A stretch of DNA of 64,000 nt, from assembly GCA_046290465.1 (NCBI GenBank), contig JBKAGP010000001.1, forward strand, positions 1,344,001 through 1,408,000, given 5' to 3'. Within the stretch, counting starts at the first letter, position 1. Every line of letters starts with the position of its first letter. Positions 15,827-26,322 of the stretch are shown here, piece after piece. The DNA comes from Planctomycetota bacterium (lineage in GTDB: Bacteria > Planctomycetota > UBA1135 > UBA2386). Position numbers and translations under genes: made by a program. The notes beneath the pieces were generated by a model. The model did no database searches. It had not been told where the DNA came from and saw only the letters and a program-made list of their open reading frames with translations.

Positions 15827-17545
15827 CTAGCGGCGCTGGAGCTCGTGCGGCACCCAGGCGCGGTGCGGCCGCACGCCGAGCGGTCCCGGCACGCAGTCCT
15901 CGATGTCCTTGCGGAACAGCATCGACGCCATCGGGTGCACGATCAGCGCCGCTGGCTGCTCCTGGTGCGCCAGCTTGTGCAGCTGCTGCCACAGCTCGTT
16001 GCGCCGTTCCGGATCGAACTCCTGCTGGGCTGCGGCCGCGAGCCGGTCGGCCTCCTCGTGCTGCCAACGGCCCTCGCCGCGGTTCTCGAGACCTTCGCTG
16101 TGCAGCAGCGTGTAGGCGCCGCCCCACGGCTCGAATGCCTTCAGGCCGTAGATGCCGTGCCACTGCCGCGCCTTCTTGACCGCCAGGAACTGCGCGTGCT
16201 TCAGCTCGCGAAACTCGAACTGCACGCCAGCGCGGGACGCGGCGTCGGTGATGAGGTCCATCGTGCGCCGCACCGCCGGCGGCGACGGAAACGTCAGGAT
16301 CGTCACCTTCAGCGGCTTGCCCTCGGCGGGGTCGTAGCCGCACTCCCGCAGCAGCGCGCGCGCCGCCTTGGGGTCGTACGGCAGCGGCTGCAGGTCCGGA
16401 TACTCGTCCGAGCCGTAGCGCGCGTGCGCCGCCGCCGGGTGCGCCGCGCCCGACCAGACCTCGACGATGTCCTTGCGCGGGATCAGCATGCCGAGCGCGC
16501 GCCGCACCTTCGGGTCGTTGGTCGGCGCGATCTCGCAGTTCCACGCGATGCGCAGCACGCCGAGCTTGATGTAGTCGTAAACGAGCTTCTCGTAGTCCTG
16601 CTCGAGTTCGGGGCGCGACGCCAGCAGCTGGTCGAGCTGCTGGTCCATGTACCAGTCGACCTCGCCGCGCAGCAGCGCGTTCTTGGCGCCGGCCTGGTCG
16701 CGGAACATGATGCGCACGCCGCCGAGGTTCCAGGTACCCGGCTGCGCGCGGCGCCGCCAGCAGCCCTCGTTGCGGACCAGCAGCAGCTCCTGGCGGCGCT
16801 GCCAGTTCTGCTCGCCGGCCGGGTCGTTGCGCAGTTCATACGGGCCGGTGCCCGGGCCGCATTCTTCGTCGATCCGGTCGACCAGCTCGGCGAAGCGCGC
16901 GCTCGAGACCGGCGGCATCGGCTCGCCGTCGTCGAGCGCCTTCTGCACGCGCTGCTCGAAGAACCGTCGCTGCACCACCGTCCAGCGTTCGCCGACCTGG
17001 TCCAGCGCCGCGTAGTGGCGGCCGTCGAAGTGCACGCGGAAGCGCCGGTCGTCGAGCTCGTCGACCGCCCGCACCCGCTGGAACGCGAGGCCGACGTAGC
17101 CGAGGTTGAGGTGGCCGGCCTGCGCCAGCTCCCAGCCGAACAGCACGTCCTTCATCGTCATCGCACTGCCGTCCGCGAACGTCACGCCGTCGCGCAGCGT
17201 GAACACGCAGGTCGAACCGTCGGCCGACAGCTCGTAGCTCTCGGCCAGGGCCGGTCGCAGCTCCCCGCTCTCCGGGTCGCGGTCGAGCAGCGCTTCGTGC
17301 GTGTAGGCCAGCACCAGGCCGTTGGCGACCGGGTGGTAGGTCGTCAGCGGATTGACGTCGGACGGCTCGCCGCCCGGCAGCGCCCCGGAGTCGACGTGGC
17401 CCTGCGGCTTGCCGGCGAGCGTGCGCGGCATCGTGCCCGTCGTCGTCGGCGTCGAGCCGCTGCCCCACATCACCGTCAGCGCGAGGCCGCCGCCGAACAG
17501 CACGAGCAGCAGGAGCAACAGGAGTGGCAGGGTGCGCATCGGCAT
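15827..17545 (-). CDS. ABC transporter substrate-binding protein, family 5 (peptide/nickel type)
   Basis: LRPALAESYELSADG...FTLRDGVTFADG, GTGPY, DPKVRRAL, YDPKAARALL. Confidence 0.92.
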   Translation of the reverse strand: MPMRTLPLLLLLLLVLFGGGLALTVMWGSGSTPTTTGTMPRTLAGKPQGHVDSGALPGGEPSDVNPLTTYHPVANGLVLAYTHEALLDRDPESGELRPALAESYELSADGSTCVFTLRDGVTFADGSAMTMKDVLFGWELAQAGHLNLGYVGLAFQRVRAVDELDDRRFRVHFDGRHYAALDQVGERWTVVQRRFFEQRVQKALDDGEPMPPVSSARFAELVDRIDEECGPGTGPYELRNDPAGEQNWQRRQELLLVRNEGCWRRRAQPGTWNLGGVRIMFRDQAGAKNALLRGEVDWYMDQQLDQLLASRPELEQDYEKLVYDYIKLGVLRIAWNCEIAPTNDPKVRRALGMLIPRKDIVEVWSGAAHPAAAHARYGSDEYPDLQPLPYDPKAARALLRECGYDPAEGKPLKVTILTFPSPPAVRRTMDLITDAASRAGVQFEFRELKHAQFLAVKKARQWHGIYGLKAFEPWGGAYTLLHSEGLENRGEGRWQHEEADRLAAAAQQEFDPERRNELWQQLHKLAHQEQPAALIVHPMASMLFRKDIEDCVPGPLGVRPHRAWVPHELQRR

Positions 17546-17591
17546 TTTCGCTCCGCCCGGCATGGTAGCACGCGCCGCGCGCCGCGGTGTC

Positions 17592-17963
17592 TCAAGAACG
17601 CGACGCGAGCGTCATGCCGAGCCACAGGGCGGCGACCCCGAGCACGTTCTGCAGCAGCACGTTGAGGGCAAAGCTCGCGACGCGGCGTTCGTCGAGCAGC
17701 TGGTGGCCGTCGAACGCAAACGCCGAGAACGTCGTGAAGGCGCCGAAGAAGCCGGCCAACACGGCCACCGAGACGGTCTGCGAGACGCGTTCGTGCAGCA
17801 GCGCCCAGCACAGGCCGAAGCCGAAGCAGCCGACGACGTTGACCACGGCGACCGGCCACGGCCCTTCGCCGAGCAGCGAGCGCAGCAGGACCGTCGCGAC
17901 GTAGCGGCAGAGGGCGCCGAGCGCGCCGGCCGCCGCCACCGACAACACGACCGTCAGCTGCAT
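17592..17963 (-). CDS. crcB: Fluoride efflux channel CrcB/FluC
   Basis: GALCRY, VNVVGCF, GFFGAFTTFSAF signature. Confidence 0.93.
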   Translation of the reverse strand: MQLTVVLSVAAAGALGALCRYVATVLLRSLLGEGPWPVAVVNVVGCFGFGLCWALLHERVSQTVSVAVLAGFFGAFTTFSAFAFDGHQLLDERRVASFALNVLLQNVLGVAALWLGMTLASRS

Positions 17964-17976
17964 CGCGAGCGCCTCG

Positions 17977-18023
17977 GGATCACTTCCGCTTGGATCACTT
18001 CCGCTTGGATCACTTCCGCTTGG
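17977..18023. repeat. 15-bp tandem repeat GGATCACTTCCGCTT x3 containing the stop codon of the upstream gene
   Basis: Units at 17977, 17992, 18007. Confidence 0.95.
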
Positions 18024-19239
18024 GGTAGTTCTTGAGCACCCACTGCCGCCACTCGGCGTCGAACGTCGCGCCGTCCAGTTCGAACGCCTCGTAGAGCAGC
18101 TTCGGCATCATCTTGCGCAGCCGCGCGCCGTCCGCCTCCCAGTCGCCGCTGCCGGGCACCTGCTTGAGCTTGTCGAGCATCAGGCCGACCTTCTGCGAGT
18201 CGCGCTCCATCAAGAACTGCATGCGCGACCACGACTGCGTGTGCGCGTGGAAGCCGAACTTCTCCCAGTCGTGCATCTCGCACAGCTTGTCGAACGCGAT
18301 CGTCGCGCCCTCGTGCCGCGAACGCTTGTAGATCTTCTCGTACCACTTGTTCTGCGAGTCCTGGTCGACCGACTCGCTGTCGCCGATGCGCGCGCTGATG
18401 AACTCGGACTCGATCTGACGCGAGTAGTAGTGCGCGAGGCCGGTCGAGAACCACAGCGGCAGCGGGTAGTAGAAGCCGCGATAGATGTTCATCAGGTTCT
18501 GCCACATCGCGAACACCATGTGGCTGTGCAGGCCTTCGCTGTCGAAGCCCTCCATGCCCTCGGCCGAGATGCACAGCAGCGGCTGGTGGGTCTGCTTGTG
18601 CACGAACCGGAACGAGTCCTCGGCCTGCGTGTCGCAGAAGCGCTGCATGTAGCGCGCCATGTCGGACTTCTTCTGGAACATCAGCAGCAGGTGCTTGTCC
18701 GGCGCGCCGAGGAACGGCCCCTTGCCGTTCTGCTTCGAGGTCTTGTCGAACGTGCCCTCGGGCGGCTGCACCAGCTCCTCGAACTGCCGGTAGGCCCGCT
18801 CGCAGCGCGCCGCGTACAGGTGCATCTGGGTCCACGGACCGAGCTTGCGCGGCTTGGACGGGAACTTGCGCCACCGCTGGTGCAGCGCCTTGCACTCGGC
18901 GTAGACGGCCTTCTTCTGCTGGTTGTCCTCGGGCAGCCGCGTGGTGGTCATGTTGAAGCCGATGCGGAAGTGCTCGGTCTCCATCCACAGCACGCGTCCG
19001 GGACCGAGCACCTTGTCGACGTCGGTGGTGCTGAAGTGATCCGCCCACGGAAACGGCCCGTAGCGCACCACGCCGAGCGCCTTCATCGCCTCCGGGTCCT
19101 GCTTGGTGAACGGGTCGCCCTTCTCGCTGAGCTTCTGGACCTCGTCGTCCTTCTGGGCGTGCACCGGGACCGTCGCCAGCAGGGCGAACAGCGAGAACGA
19201 CAGGACGGAGAGCAGCGGGCGGTGGTGCGGCGACGGCAT
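18010..19239 (-). CDS. Secreted hypothetical protein, zincin-like but lacking metal ligands
   Basis: Signal peptide ending VHA-Q; PLWFSTGLAHYY resembles PxWxxEGLAxY. Confidence 0.8.
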   Translation of the reverse strand: MPSPHHRPLLSVLSFSLFALLATVPVHAQKDDEVQKLSEKGDPFTKQDPEAMKALGVVRYGPFPWADHFSTTDVDKVLGPGRVLWMETEHFRIGFNMTTTRLPEDNQQKKAVYAECKALHQRWRKFPSKPRKLGPWTQMHLYAARCERAYRQFEELVQPPEGTFDKTSKQNGKGPFLGAPDKHLLLMFQKKSDMARYMQRFCDTQAEDSFRFVHKQTHQPLLCISAEGMEGFDSEGLHSHMVFAMWQNLMNIYRGFYYPLPLWFSTGLAHYYSRQIESEFISARIGDSESVDQDSQNKWYEKIYKRSRHEGATIAFDKLCEMHDWEKFGFHAHTQSWSRMQFLMERDSQKVGLMLDKLKQVPGSGDWEADGARLRKMMPKLLYEAFELDGATFDAEWRQWVLKNYPKRK

Positions 19240-19375
19240 CGTGGCGGCGGGGTGGGTTCGCGAACCAGGGGCCATCGCATCGTCGCGGTGCCCCAGGATC
19301 GCAGCAAGGGGTGGGTACGCGACGCGGGGGCGTGAGCCGAAGCCCACGCCCCCGCGTCGGATCGAGACCGGCGGG

Positions 19376-20305
19376 CTACTTGGCGTCGCCAGCGCCGACC
19401 GTCTCTTCTTCTGCGGCCTTCAGGGCGAGGTCGCGCAGCTCCTTCTCCTTCTTGCGCAGCTTCTCGCGCTCCTTGTCGACCTTGTCGAGATCCTTGTCGA
19501 ACTTCTTCAGCTTCTTCGACTTGGGACCGTTCTTCTCGACCTCCTTGTCGATGCGGCTGCGGATCAGGTCCTCCTTGGCGTCGAGCTTGTCGTACTGGCC
19601 GAGCAGCTTGCGCAGCTGCTTGATCGCCGACTTGGCGTTCTCGTCGTAGCAGCGATCGAGGTACTTGAACATCACCTTCCACAGGTCCGACTGCGACTGG
19701 TCGCCAGGCAGCGCCAGCTTGTGGTCGCCGTTCGGATCCGCGAAGAACAGGTGCGGCACCTTCTTCTCGCCCTCGCCCTTCTTGAACAGGTTGTAGAAGG
19801 GATGCTTCTCGGTGAGCACGTTCGGCGGCAGCTTGACGCACCGGAACCAGTGCGTCAGCAGGACCGTCTGCTCGTTGTCGAGCGTGCGGCTCAGCACCGC
19901 ATGGTCCGTGCCCTTGCACAGCTCACACTCGCGCAGGATCAGCAGCGGACGCTTGTCGCCGTCGGCGACCAGTTCGTACGCCTTCTCGAGCGGGAGCGCG
20001 CGATCGACTTCCTTCGCGACGGTGCGCTCACCCGGCTTGCGGGCAGGCGTCGTCGGCTTGTAGACCGGGTAGGTCCAGTCGATCTTGAGCATCTCCTTCG
20101 CCGTGCGGCCACGACGGAAGTCGAGCGGAATGCCGCCGCCACGGCCACCACCACCCGGAGCGGGAGCAGCACCACGACCCGGAGCAGAACCACGTGGGGT
20201 CCAACTGGACCCGCCACCGCCACTTCATCACTGAGGGGCTGCGGGGCGCGCCAGGATCATGGCGGCCACCGCGCAGAGAGCGCCGGTTGCGATCGTACGA
20301 AGCAT
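19376..20305 (-). CDS. Secreted thioredoxin-like protein, candidate selenoprotein with two consecutive UGA codons (309 aa with readthrough)
   Basis: GGAGGA SD, ATG 20305, signal peptide MLRTIATGALCAVAAMILARPAAPQ, TGA TGA at 20230-20225, then an open frame into the 238-aa ORF containing CELC; SECIS-like hairpin follows. Confidence 0.72.
20194..20217 (-). promoter_or_regulatory. Candidate bacterial SECIS element
   Basis: GTG-GC-GGGTCC-AGTT-GGACCC-CAC; apical loop 18 and 21 nt after the two UGAs, with G at loop position 2 followed by U. Confidence 0.6.
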
Positions 20306-20526
20306 GTTTCGGATTCCTCCAGGTGGTGCCGGGTGTGAGTGGCACCTGGCTGTCTCGGGCAGGCAGCCTTATCTGATCAGTGTATCGGCCTGCCGCCCCC
20401 AGGCAACCCAAGCCGCAAAACGACCTTCGAGCGACCCGCACGATCGGCGCGTGGCCCGTTGACTCGATGCCGTCGGCAGGACACGCTGCCGCGCTTCTCC
20501 GACCCCCACCGCGACGCTGCGCCACC

Positions 20527-21018
20527 GTGAACGCCTCCGACACCCCCGACGACCCGACCCCGGCCCCCGATTCCTGGTCGGCGACACTGGAAGAACTCCG
20601 CACCCGCTACCCCGGCCAGAAGGACAGCGTGCTGTTCTGCGTGCACAAGCTGCAGCAGGACCCGGCCGTCGGGCTGCCCGACCTGCGCGACGAGGCCGCC
20701 GACCGCGGCATCCCGATGGCCGGTCGCGCGCTGCATTCGGCCAAGGTGCTGCTCGGCATGGCCGAGGCCAGGCCGCGACGGCCGGCGGCGCCGCGCGACG
20801 AGCGCGCCGCCGCCGGCCAACGTGCCTCGCGAGCCGAAGGACGCGCGGAGCGCAGCCGTTCCGAGCGGGGCCGCAGCGACGAGCCCGCCGGCGCCATCGA
20901 GGACCAGGTGCTCGCGGCCGTTCGCCAGATCCAGTCCGCCGCTGGCGCCGAAGCCGAACGCATGCGCACCGCGATCCGGCAGGCGATCGCGATCCTGCAG
21001 GACGCGTTGGAAGAGTAG
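20527..21018 (+). CDS. Hypothetical protein
   Basis: Host-like codon usage; helical ends with a basic linker; GTG start assumed. Confidence 0.7.
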   Translation: MNASDTPDDPTPAPDSWSATLEELRTRYPGQKDSVLFCVHKLQQDPAVGLPDLRDEAADRGIPMAGRALHSAKVLLGMAEARPRRPAAPRDERAAAGQRASRAEGRAERSRSERGRSDEPAGAIEDQVLAAVRQIQSAAGAEAERMRTAIRQAIAILQDALEE

Positions 21019-21107
21019 CCGTCGGTCGCGAGGCAGGGACGCCAGCTGGGTCGATCAGCCGGGTCAGCCAGCAGGGTCAAACCGCCGGGTCGAACCGCCG
21101 GGTTCGA

Positions 21108-22009
<902 letters not shown>

Positions 22010-22010
<1 letters not shown>

Positions 22011-24214
22011 TAGAACTCCATGTCCTCGAGCAGCTGCAGGCCCGCGTACTCGAGCACGAACTCGCGCTCGATGCCGTCGTCGAAGCGCACGATCGCGCGC
22101 GCGTTCATGCCGCGGCCGGCGATCCGGCGCACGACGCCGGAGCCGTAGAGGTCGTGGCGCACGCGCACGCCCTTCTGCAGGCCGGCCAGCGCCTCGGGAT
22201 CGGGCGTGACGCTCCACCCGGTCGAGTGCGAGCCCTCGTCGTCGAGGTCGTAGCGGCGCCAGGACGGCGCGTAGTTGTCGAGCAGGTCCTGCGGGATCTC
22301 GCGCAGGAACCGCGACGGCCGCATCGTCTCCATGCTGCCGTTGACCATCCGGTCGCGCGCCGAGCTGAGCATCAGCGTCTTGCGCGCGCGCGTCAGCGCC
22401 ACGTACATCAGGCGCCGCTCCTCCTCGAGGCCTTCGGGATCGTCGGCCGTGCGCATGCTCGGGAACGTGCCCTCCTCGAGGCCGCACACGAACACGTGGT
22501 CGAACTCGAGGCCCTTGGCGGCGTGCACCGTCATCATGCGCACCGCCGGTCCGTCGTCGCCGCGATCCGCCGACGTCAGCAGCGCGACGTGCTGCAGGTA
22601 GCCGGGCAGGCCGTTGGCCGGCGGGCCGTCCTCGTCGTCGACGACGTCCGGCGCCGCGTCGAACTGCACCGTGTCGCTGACCAGTTCGGCGATGTTGTCC
22701 TCGCGCGTGCTGTCCTCGGCGTCGCCGTACGAGGTCGCGTGCTTGACGTAGCCGACGCCCTCGAGGACCACCTTGAGCGCCGCGTGCGCGCCGTGCTCGG
22801 CGGCCGCCTGCGCCTTGTCGAGCGTCTCGGCAAGGTCGCGCAGGCCGCTCTGCGCCTTCTTGCCGAGCACGCCGTGCAGGCTGCGCTCGCCGACCGCCTC
22901 GCGCAGCGACATGCCCTCGTGCAGCGCGGCGTCGCGCAGCTTCTCGAGCGAGACCTTGCCGAGTCCGCGCGGCGGAACGTTGATGATGCGGCTCATGCTG
23001 ACGTCGTCGAGCGGGTTGATCAGCACGCGCAGGTAGGCCAGCAGGTCCTTGATCTCCCGCCGTTCGAAGAACGTCTGGCCACCGACGATCTCGTACGGCA
23101 CGCCCTTGTCCTTGAGCGCCTGCTCGAGGCCGCGCGACAGCCAGTGCGCGCGGTAGAAGATCGCGATCTCCTCGAGCGCGACGTCCTCGTCGACCAGCGC
23201 CTGCACCCGATCGACGACCGTCTGCGCCTCCTCGGTCGAGCCCGACGCCTTCAACCGCAGGATCGACGCGCCGGCCTCGGCATCGGTGCGCAGCCGCTTG
23301 TCCTTGCGCATCGTGTTGTTGGCGATGACGGTCTCGGCCGCGCGCAGGATGTTGGCGGTGCTGCGGTAGTTCTGCTCGAGGCGGACCACCGTGCACGGCT
23401 CGTAGTCGCTCTCGAAGTCGAGGATGTTGCGCACCTCGGCGCCGCGGAAGCCGTAGATCGACTGGTCCGGGTCGCCGACGACGCACATGTTGCCCGAGCC
23501 ACCCGCCTCGGCCGGCGGACACAGCAGCTTGAGCAGGTCGTACTGCACGCGGTTGGTGTCCTGGAACTCGTCGACCAGCAGCCACGGAAACCGCTGCTGG
23601 TAGCGCTCGGCCACCGCCGGATGCTCGCGCAGGATCTGCAGGAAGTTCAGCATCAGGTCGTCGAAGTCCATCGCCGACGCCTTCTTCATGCGCTCCTGGT
23701 ACGGGGTCCACAGCCGCTCGACCAGCCGCATCACGTCGCTGGAGCCGAGCATGCCGTCCTCGGGCGTCATCGCCGCGTTCTTGAGCTTGCTGATCCAGTT
23801 GCCGATCAGCGACGGCTTGGCCTCCTTGGTGGAGATGTGGTGGTCCGCCATCAGCTCCTTGATGAGCGTATCGCGGTCCTGGGTGTCGTAGATCGAGTAG
23901 TCGGGCGCGTAGCCGATCAGGTGCGCCTCGCTGCGCAGGAACCGCGCGCAGGCCGAGTGGAACGTCGCGACCCGCACGTAGTCGCCGCCGAGCTGTTCGA
24001 CGCGGCGCGCCATCTCGCCGGCGGCCTTGTTGGTGAACGTCAGTGCCAGGATCTGGTGCGAGCGCACCCCGTCCCGCATCAACCGGGCGATCCGCCGCGT
24101 CACCACGCGCGTCTTGCCGGAGCCGGCGCCCGCCAGCACCATCAAGGGACCTTCGCCGTGCGCGACGGCAGCGGCCTGTTGTTCGTTGAGGTCCTGGTAG
24201 ATCGAATCGTGCAT
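22010..24214 (-). CDS. pcrA: ATP-dependent DNA helicase UvrD/PcrA
   Basis: [46 protein letters not shown]-terminal Tudor-like domain. Confidence 0.95.
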
Positions 24215-24305
24215 CGGCCGCGCAGAGCATAGTGCACGAACGGGACGCAGCAACAGCGACGATGACGCTGGATCTGCGCGGTGCGGCGCGGTTCGCTAGG
24301 CCGCC

Positions 24306-24446
24306 ATGACGCCCTCGCCGCACGAGTCGCGCGCGCCCCTCGGCAGCTGGCCGCTGCTCTACGTCCTCTGCTGCGTGCTCGCGGTCGTGGTGATGGCGCT
24401 GCTCTATTGGTTCACGTCGCAGTTCAACGTGCGCGTGGGAGCCTGA
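24306..24446 (+). CDS. 46-aa single-TM protein upstream of sodium:solute symporter
   Basis: [46 protein letters not shown]; ends 3 nt before the SSS start; below ORF-track cutoff. Confidence 0.75.
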   Translation: MTPSPHESRAPLGSWPLLYVLCCVLAVVVMALLYWFTSQFNVRVGA

Positions 24447-24449
24447 GCC

Positions 24450-26207
24450 ATGGGTGCACTCGACTGGATCGTCTTCTTCGCGTTCCTCGGCTACGTGGTC
24501 TGGGACGGCGTGCGTCGGCGCAGCAACGCCAACGACCTCGAGGGCTACTACGCCGGCGGCCGCCGGATCCCCTGGTGGGCCGCCGGCCTCTCGATCATGG
24601 CGACCCAGGCGAGCGCCATCACCGTGATCGGCACCACCGGCCAGGGCCACGACGGCGGCATGGAGTTCGTGCAGAGCTACTTCGGCCTGCCGTTCGCGAT
24701 GGTGCTGCTGTGCATCTTCCTGGTGCCGTACTACCGCAGCCGCAACGTGCTGACGCCGTACGAACTGCTCGAGGAGCGCTTCGGCCCGATGTCGCGTTCG
24801 CTGGCGAGCCTGATCTTCCTGTGCTCGCGCTGCCTTGCGCTCGGCGCGGTGATCTACGCGCCATCGGTCGCGCTCAGCGCGATCCTCGGCATCGACACCA
24901 GCATCGCGGTGTTCCTGATCGGCGGGCTGACCACCGCCTACACGATGCTCGGCGGCGTGTCCGCGGTGATCTGGACCGACGTCAAGCAGATGAGCGTCAT
25001 CCTGATCGGCCTGTGCATCGTGTTCGTGATGCTGCTCACGGACCTGATGCCGCAGTTCGGTTCGTTCGGCGCGATGCTCGACGTCGCCGGTGCCGCCGAC
25101 AAGCTCGGCGCGCTCGAGGTCGAACCGGCGCACGATGCGATGACGCCGCGCACGCACGCCGAGATCGCCGCCGGCGAGGGCGTCCCGAGCTTCTGGGAGG
25201 AGAAGTACAACGTCTGGGCCGGCCTGTTCGGCGGCCTGTTCCTCCACCTCAGCTACTTCGGCTGCGACAACAGCCAGGCGCAGCGGCTGCTGACCAGCGC
25301 CGACGCCGCGCAGTCGAAGAAGAGCCTGCTGATGTCGGCGTTCGCCAAGGTCCCGATGCAGGGCTTCATCCTGCTGATCGGCGTGCTGATGTGGCTGTTC
25401 TACGCCACCAACCAGCAGCCGATGCTGTTCAAGCCCGACCACGTGGTCGCGGCCGAGAGCCAGGAACTGGCGCCGCAGGTCGAGCAACTGCAGCAGCGCT
25501 TCGACGCGGCGCACGCCGAACGCAAGGCCGCGATGCTGGCGCTCGCCGAGATCGACGGCCCGGTCACCGACGCGCCGGAGGCGCTGCAGCGCTACCAGCA
25601 GGCCGTGCAGCAGGTCGACGCGGTGCGCGTCGAGGCGCGCACGCTCGTCGGCGGAGCGACCGACGACGCCGGCAACAAGCAGGACGACAAGGACACCAAC
25701 AACATCTTCTGCCGCTACATCCTCGACCAGATGCCACCGATCCTGCTCGGCCTGATCATCGCGGCGATCTTCGCGGCGGCGATGTCGAGCATCGACTCGG
25801 TGCTCAACGCCCTCAGCGGCGCCACGGTCATCGACTTCTACCGGCGCTGGGTCCGCCCCGATGCCAGCGACGCGCAGTCGCTGCGCGTCGGTCGCTACGT
25901 GACGCTGCTGTGGGGCGTGGTCGCGACCTTCACCGCGCTGTTCTTCGCCGGCGGCGGCTCGATCATCGAGATGATCAACCGGGTCGGGTCGTGGTTCTAC
26001 GGCAGCCTGCTCGGCATCTTCGTGATGGCGCTGTTCTTCCGGCGCGCCGGCGACCTGGCCGGCGCGCTCGGGCTGTGCGGCGGCATGGGCGCCGTCGTGC
26101 TGGTCCACAACGTCTGGAAGGTGCAGTTCCTCTGGTACAACGTCGTCGGCCTGGTCGGGGTGCTGGTCGTCGGCGGCGTGACGGCGCTGCTGGTCCGGCG
26201 ACGGTGA
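24450..26207 (+). CDS. Sodium:solute symporter family transporter
   Basis: [31 protein letters not shown], many TM helices. Confidence 0.93.
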   Translation: MGALDWIVFFAFLGYVVWDGVRRRSNANDLEGYYAGGRRIPWWAAGLSIMATQASAITVIGTTGQGHDGGMEFVQSYFGLPFAMVLLCIFLVPYYRSRNVLTPYELLEERFGPMSRSLASLIFLCSRCLALGAVIYAPSVALSAILGIDTSIAVFLIGGLTTAYTMLGGVSAVIWTDVKQMSVILIGLCIVFVMLLTDLMPQFGSFGAMLDVAGAADKLGALEVEPAHDAMTPRTHAEIAAGEGVPSFWEEKYNVWAGLFGGLFLHLSYFGCDNSQAQRLLTSADAAQSKKSLLMSAFAKVPMQGFILLIGVLMWLFYATNQQPMLFKPDHVVAAESQELAPQVEQLQQRFDAAHAERKAAMLALAEIDGPVTDAPEALQRYQQAVQQVDAVRVEARTLVGGATDDAGNKQDDKDTNNIFCRYILDQMPPILLGLIIAAIFAAAMSSIDSVLNALSGATVIDFYRRWVRPDASDAQSLRVGRYVTLLWGVVATFTALFFAGGGSIIEMINRVGSWFYGSLLGIFVMALFFRRAGDLAGALGLCGGMGAVVLVHNVWKVQFLWYNVVGLVGVLVVGGVTALLVRRR

Positions 26208-26322
26208 CGCCGCGGCCGCGGGTCCGGCCCGACCCCGTGTTACCGCCGGGGCCGAGCGAAATAGCTCAGGCACCGGACTGGCCGGCCTCTCGGCGGTCTG
26301 CACCCCTTCCCGGAAGAAGGTC

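Noticed and set aside
17964..18010. Fluoride riboswitch upstream of crcB
   Set aside because: The spacer is occupied by the 15-bp tandem repeat; no consensus seen
20225..20230. UGA reassigned genome-wide to Trp or Gly
   Set aside because: Conserved genes such as glnS, prfA, metB and lpxA end at TGA at the expected lengths, and Trp uses TGG
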